The notes beneath the pieces are model-generated. The model was not told the DNA's origin and made no database searches. It saw nothing but the letters and a program-made list of their open reading frames with translations. DNA of 64,000 nt from assembly GCA_965207885.1 (NCBI GenBank), contig OZ242311.1, forward strand, positions 1 through 64,000. The letters run 5' to 3'. Every line of letters starts with the position of its first letter. Position 1 is the stretch's first letter. The position numbers and the translations under genes are program-made. Source of the stretch: Candidatus Latescibacterota bacterium. GTDB lineage: Bacteria; Latescibacterota; UBA2968. Shown here piece after piece: positions 59,898 to 64,000 of the stretch.

Positions 59898-60650
59898 TCA
59901 ATGCTGCGCACTACCCAAATAACACTCAATAACCCGGGGATCATTTTGCACCTGATCCATCGGTCCCTCAACGAGCACCTTGCCCTCGTGGAGAACCGTA
60001 ACAGTGCGGGCGATCTGTCTCACAAACTCCATATCGTGCTCAATAACAATAATCGCGTGATTCATCGTCAGACGTTCGAGAAGTTCCCCCGTCTTAACCG
60101 TCTCTTCATCCGTCATACCAGCAGCGGGTTCATCAATCAAAAAAAGCTCGGGATCTTGCAAAATAACCATCGCAATCTCGAGCCACTGTTTTTGCCCGTG
60201 CGAAAGCGCATCGGCAACCGTATGCAGATGGTCAGCCAAACCCGTCTGCTCTGCAACAGCCTGGATGCGATCGCGATTCTTATCCGACAGACGCGAAACA
60301 AGCGAAAAGAGAACCGTGCGGTCAGTCTTGAGCGCCAGCATCAAATTCTCGTACACCGTAAGAGAAGTAAAAACAGACGGCGTTTGAAACTTCCGCCCAA
60401 CACCCGCCTTGACAATCGCATCTTCGCTCATCTGCGTGAGATCGAACTTCTCAAAACGCGCACTGCCGCAATCGGGTCTGGTCTTCCCACACAAAACATC
60501 GAGAAAAGTCGTCTTACCCGCACCATTTGGACCGATAACAACGCGCAATTCGCGGTCGTGCAGGACAAACTCATCTATGTCGAGCGCGACAAACCCATCA
60601 AAGGACACGCGCAAATTTTCAACAGTCAGCAGAACCGGATCAAATATCAT
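59898..60650 (-). CDS. urtD: Urea ABC transporter ATPase UrtD
   Basis: 'VSFDGF', GPNGAGKT, GRKFQ.P, LSHGQKQWLEI. Confidence 0.95.
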   Translation of the reverse strand: MIFDPVLLTVENLRVSFDGFVALDIDEFVLHDRELRVVIGPNGAGKTTFLDVLCGKTRPDCGSARFEKFDLTQMSEDAIVKAGVGRKFQTPSVFTSLTVYENLMLALKTDRTVLFSLVSRLSDKNRDRIQAVAEQTGLADHLHTVADALSHGQKQWLEIAMVILQDPELFLIDEPAAGMTDEETVKTGELLERLTMNHAIIVIEHDMEFVRQIARTVTVLHEGKVLVEGPMDQVQNDPRVIECYLGSAQH

Positions 60651-60651
60651 A

Positions 60652-61746
60652 TCAATCCTGACTTTCAGCAGGTACAGGTGCTGGGATGCGTGTGGGCAAG
60701 AATCGCTTCAAACTACTTAGCTTTATCTTAGACCGCAGACCAATGAGACCATCGGGAAAAAAGAGCACAACGCCGATAAAAAGGAATCCCAAAAAATAGA
60801 GCCAGGTACCGGGGAACGCACCCGTCAAAAAACTGTAGAGAAGATTCACAAGAACCGCACCGATAATCGGACCAATCAGAGTCCCCCGCCCGCCAACAGC
60901 AACCCATATCACCATCTCAATAGAAGCCTGCACATCCATCCGGCCCGGTGTAATAATCCCGGTCTGAGGCACATAGAGCAACCCACCCAGAGCACCGAGC
61001 ATACTGGCCATCACAAAAATAAATACCTTGTAGCTCATAACGCGATAGCCGATAAAACGCAACCGATGCTCACTATCGCGAACCGCAATAAGCACGCGCC
61101 CGAGCTTGGATTTCACCACAAAGCGGCACAAAAAATAGGAAACAAAAAGCGTGACAAAAGCAATAACATAAAGACCGCGTTTGCTCGCCGGATCCGCCAG
61201 CTCAAAACCGAGCAACGTCTTAAAATCCGTCAGCCCATTGGTACCGCCGAGCATGGTTTCATTCCGCAAAAAAATGAGCCAGACCCCCAGGGCAAGCGCC
61301 TGCGTAATAATCGCAAAATAAACCCCCTGGAGCCGGCTGCGAAAAGCCAGAAACCCAAAAATGAGCGCAATAATCACCGGAACCATAAGCGCCAGAATAA
61401 ACGCAAATGTAAAAGTGTGAAAAGGCTCCCAAAAAAGCGGCAATTGTTCCACGCGATTCCACACCATAAAATCCGGCAACGTACTCCCATAAACCCCTTG
61501 CGTACCCGTCTTGAGCAGCATGTGCATCCCAATCGCATACCCACCCAAACAAAAAAAGAACGCCTGACACAGCGACAGAATACCCGTATATCCCCAGATC
61601 AGATCAATCCCCAGTGCGGCAATCGCAAAACAAAAATAGCGACCCCAGAGATTCAACGTCGTATCAGAAAGCAACCCCATAGCATTGAGCACGGGCGCGG
61701 CAATGCCAAAAATGAGGAATACAATGATAGGACGGTAATAGGTCAT
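60652..61746 (-). CDS. urtC: Urea ABC transporter permease UrtC
   Basis: 'LIWGYTGILSL', 'LPDFMVWN...LPLFW', 'GVYFAIITQA', 'WVAVGGRGT'. Confidence 0.95.
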   Translation of the reverse strand: MTYYRPIIVFLIFGIAAPVLNAMGLLSDTTLNLWGRYFCFAIAALGIDLIWGYTGILSLCQAFFFCLGGYAIGMHMLLKTGTQGVYGSTLPDFMVWNRVEQLPLFWEPFHTFTFAFILALMVPVIIALIFGFLAFRSRLQGVYFAIITQALALGVWLIFLRNETMLGGTNGLTDFKTLLGFELADPASKRGLYVIAFVTLFVSYFLCRFVVKSKLGRVLIAVRDSEHRLRFIGYRVMSYKVFIFVMASMLGALGGLLYVPQTGIITPGRMDVQASIEMVIWVAVGGRGTLIGPIIGAVLVNLLYSFLTGAFPGTWLYFLGFLFIGVVLFFPDGLIGLRSKIKLSSLKRFLPTRIPAPVPAESQD

Positions 61747-61763
61747 AAGATAGCTCTCGCGTG

Positions 61764-61980
61764 CGAATCAACGAATCTGCGAATCAACGAATCTGCGAAT
61801 CAACGAATCTGCGAATCAACGAATCTGCGAATCAACGAATCTGCGAATCAACGAATCTGCGAATCAACGAATCTGCGAATCAACGAATCTGCGAATCGAA
61901 GCTCGTAGTGATTTGGGGTGGTTGGGTGGGATTCGTCTATTCGTCTATTCGCGCTTTTCTCGTCTATTCGTCTATTCGCG
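61764..61980. repeat. Inverted octamer-array element, copy 5
   Basis: (CGAATCAACGAATCTG)x8, spacer, TTTGGGGTGGTTGGGTGGGATTCG, TCTATTCG units. Confidence 0.92.
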
Positions 61981-61983
61981 TTT

Positions 61984-63657
61984 TCACTCGTCTCTCCCCT
62001 TCGCGGGAAAGATGCCTGTGGGACGCAACTGTAAAAAGAGGATAATAAGACCCAAAATGAGAACCTTGGCATACACGGCTTCGGCAAAGGGTTCAATAAC
62101 CTTATTGGAAACACCAATACCGAGACCCGCCACAACAGTCCCCAAAATTTTTCCAACACCGCCAACGACAACCACGAGAAAAGCATCGACAATATACGTC
62201 TGCCCCATATTCGGCACGACATTGCCAATAAGCGTCATAGCCCAACCCGCGATACCCGCGATACCCGTACCGATAAAAAACGCAATCGCATCAACGCGAC
62301 GGGTGGGAACACCCATACAAGCACTCATCTCGCGATTTTGTGTAACAGCGCGCAACCGAAGACCAAACCGGGTCTTAAAGAAAAACGCGACCAGACCAAC
62401 CAGAATAACAGCCGTGAGACCAATGATAAAAATCCGGTTATACGGCAACATAACCTGCGGTGCCAATTCAAAACCACCACTGAGAATCTGGGGCAGCTTG
62501 ACAGCCGTGAGATCGCCAAAAATCGTACGCGCGAGTTGCACCAGAATAAGACCAATCCCCCATGTAGCCAGCAAACTCTCGAGCGGACGATTGTAAAGAC
62601 GGCGAATAACCAGAGACTCCACAAGCAAACCCATACTGCCAGCCGCGAGAAATGCAACCGGCAAAGACAGCAAAAAAAACAGATCGATATACGCAGCGGG
62701 CAGGACAATCATGCAAATATTCTGAACAATAAACGTAAAATAAGCCCCAACCATCATAAACTCGCCGTGCGCCATATTGATAATACCGATCTGCCCATAA
62801 ATAACCGCCAGACCAAGCGCAATCAGAATCAAAATAGACCCCAGACTGAGACCGACAAAAGCGGTCTGGATCACCACCATAATCTGGTTAAATGTCTCCA
62901 ACCCCTGAATCGCATCGCGTATCTCGTTCTGAACCGCGGGATCTGACTCGGCAATATTGCCACTGGCATCGGGCTCAACACGCGCGCGCAAAAAAGAAAG
63001 GACAAATGTATTATTGAGTTCACCCAGTGCTTTAGCCGCATTGAGACGAACTTCGGGGTCGGAATGTGTGAGTTCGAGCTTGCCCAGAGCAACGCGGATC
63101 AGACTTTGGATACTGCTATCCGTCTCTTTTTCCAGAGCATCTCGCAACATGGGGACCGCGTCCAAATCGCCGCGATTGCCCAGCGTTTCTACAGCAACGC
63201 GGCGCTTGCCGGAATCCGGATGAAAAATCTCCATCTGCGTGAGATAGGGTTGAATAAGCGCGCGGATGCGGCGGTTGCTATCAATCTCTTCGAGATCAAT
63301 CAGCGGCGCAATGAGGGGCTTGCCCTCGTCGTCCAAAATGGGATAGCGTTTGGGATAGGCGGTATAGAGCGGGGCGAAGGTATCGCCATAATCGTCTTCT
63401 TGCATTTCGCCGATAATGACGAGCTCGTTATTCTTCAGATAGAGTTCACCATTGAAAAGCGCGACCATCAGGGCATAATAAGCGACATCTTTTGCATCCG
63501 AAATAGCTCTGACCGCAGTAGTGATACTATCGCGGTTATTGCTGGTAATGCGCCCGAGTTGCAACTGGTGATCCATCTGTGCATGGACGGAAGATGTGCC
63601 CAGAATGAAAACCAGCGCGCAGATAGAGCGCAAAAAATTGTGGCGTTTTATTTTCAT
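61984..63657 (-). CDS. urtB: Urea ABC transporter permease UrtB with N-terminal HEAT-repeat domain
   Basis: 'INMAHGEFMMVGAY', 'RPLESLLATWG', 'YIVDAFLVVV.GG'. Confidence 0.95.
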   Translation of the reverse strand: MKIKRHNFLRSICALVFILGTSSVHAQMDHQLQLGRITSNNRDSITTAVRAISDAKDVAYYALMVALFNGELYLKNNELVIIGEMQEDDYGDTFAPLYTAYPKRYPILDDEGKPLIAPLIDLEEIDSNRRIRALIQPYLTQMEIFHPDSGKRRVAVETLGNRGDLDAVPMLRDALEKETDSSIQSLIRVALGKLELTHSDPEVRLNAAKALGELNNTFVLSFLRARVEPDASGNIAESDPAVQNEIRDAIQGLETFNQIMVVIQTAFVGLSLGSILILIALGLAVIYGQIGIINMAHGEFMMVGAYFTFIVQNICMIVLPAAYIDLFFLLSLPVAFLAAGSMGLLVESLVIRRLYNRPLESLLATWGIGLILVQLARTIFGDLTAVKLPQILSGGFELAPQVMLPYNRIFIIGLTAVILVGLVAFFFKTRFGLRLRAVTQNREMSACMGVPTRRVDAIAFFIGTGIAGIAGWAMTLIGNVVPNMGQTYIVDAFLVVVVGGVGKILGTVVAGLGIGVSNKVIEPFAEAVYAKVLILGLIILFLQLRPTGIFPAKGRDE

Positions 63658-63753
63658 GCGTTTAAGTCAACACCTCCACAGCGAGAGACACCGCCCACCT
63701 ATGAGAGAACCAGAGGAAAGCGGCATCCCTCTTTTGCGGTGTGCTTTTTCAAG

Positions 63754-64000
63754 TTAAAACGTAAAAATAGATTCAAAAGCAAACAGGGTTACTTCGGAAT
63801 CAATATCGCGGCGCAATTCGGCCAACACACCCCAGTTATCGGTAATCGTATAACTGGGACTAAAGGTAATCTCCGTAAACTTTCCATCGGCATCTGTATC
63901 CAGACCGCTATAGCGCACAGTCGCACCGACCTTGTCGGACAAAGCCATATTACCCATTAAAATCCAGCCATAGCCACTATTGCCACTTTCCCCCCAGTTC
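63754..64000 (-). CDS. Outer-membrane beta-barrel (porin-like) protein, C-terminal part; 5'-partial
   Basis: Frame open to the window end; alternating beta-strand pattern; terminal Phe. Confidence 0.65.
   Translation of the reverse strand, partial: NWGESGNSGYGWILMGNMALSDKVGATVRYSGLDTDADGKFTEITFSPSYTITDNWGVLAELRRDIDSEVTLFAFESIFTF

Noticed and set aside
61764-61897. Octamer/16-mer arrays as CRISPR
   Set aside because: Contiguous tandem units with no unique spacers between repeats, and no cas genes.
61761-62045. '[14 protein letters not shown]' and 'YSSIRLF' repeat peptides (also the extended start of the 2939..5299 ORF)
   Set aside because: Translations of the non-coding octamer arrays.

Overview
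Bacterial chromosome window. The gene content (many sulfatase, UxuA-like, enolase-superfamily and PhyH genes, a DUF6785-type membrane protein, a protein with a C-terminal 'GDxxxDGxVxxxDFLxF..FG' EF-hand tail) suggests a Latescibacterota/Gemmatimonadota-like organism, but this is inference. Native DNA has a strong C/A-rich plus-strand skew that produces many shadow ORFs. Main blocks: (i) sugar-acid and sulfate-ester catabolism genes; (ii) a cytochrome c maturation operon (ccmE-F-H-I-like ... X-ccmA-B-C-D) split by two accessory inserts holding toxin-antitoxin genes, an IS3 remnant, a tnpB-only IS605 element and a decaying Rpn-family nuclease array; (iii) an Rdx/SelW-like selenoprotein (CxxU plus SECIS-like hairpin) missing from the ORF track; (iv) housekeeping genes (M32 carboxypeptidase, rsgA, two LolC/E permeases, TrmH); (v) a low-GC McrBC island; (vi) a urtBCDE-ureAB-C-F-G-D operon with eukaryote-like urease proteins and no ureE. 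Most notable non-obvious signals: a ~230-250 bp non-coding module ending in a sigma54-type promoter, shared by the Rpn gene and an unrelated tandem pair of coiled-coil genes; repeated terminator-plus-Rpn remnants whose junctions cluster at a GCGTCA-N6-TGACGC palindrome; and a dispersed element family made of inverted 8-bp tandem arrays around a G-rich core. No CRISPR array, rRNA or tRNA was seen.
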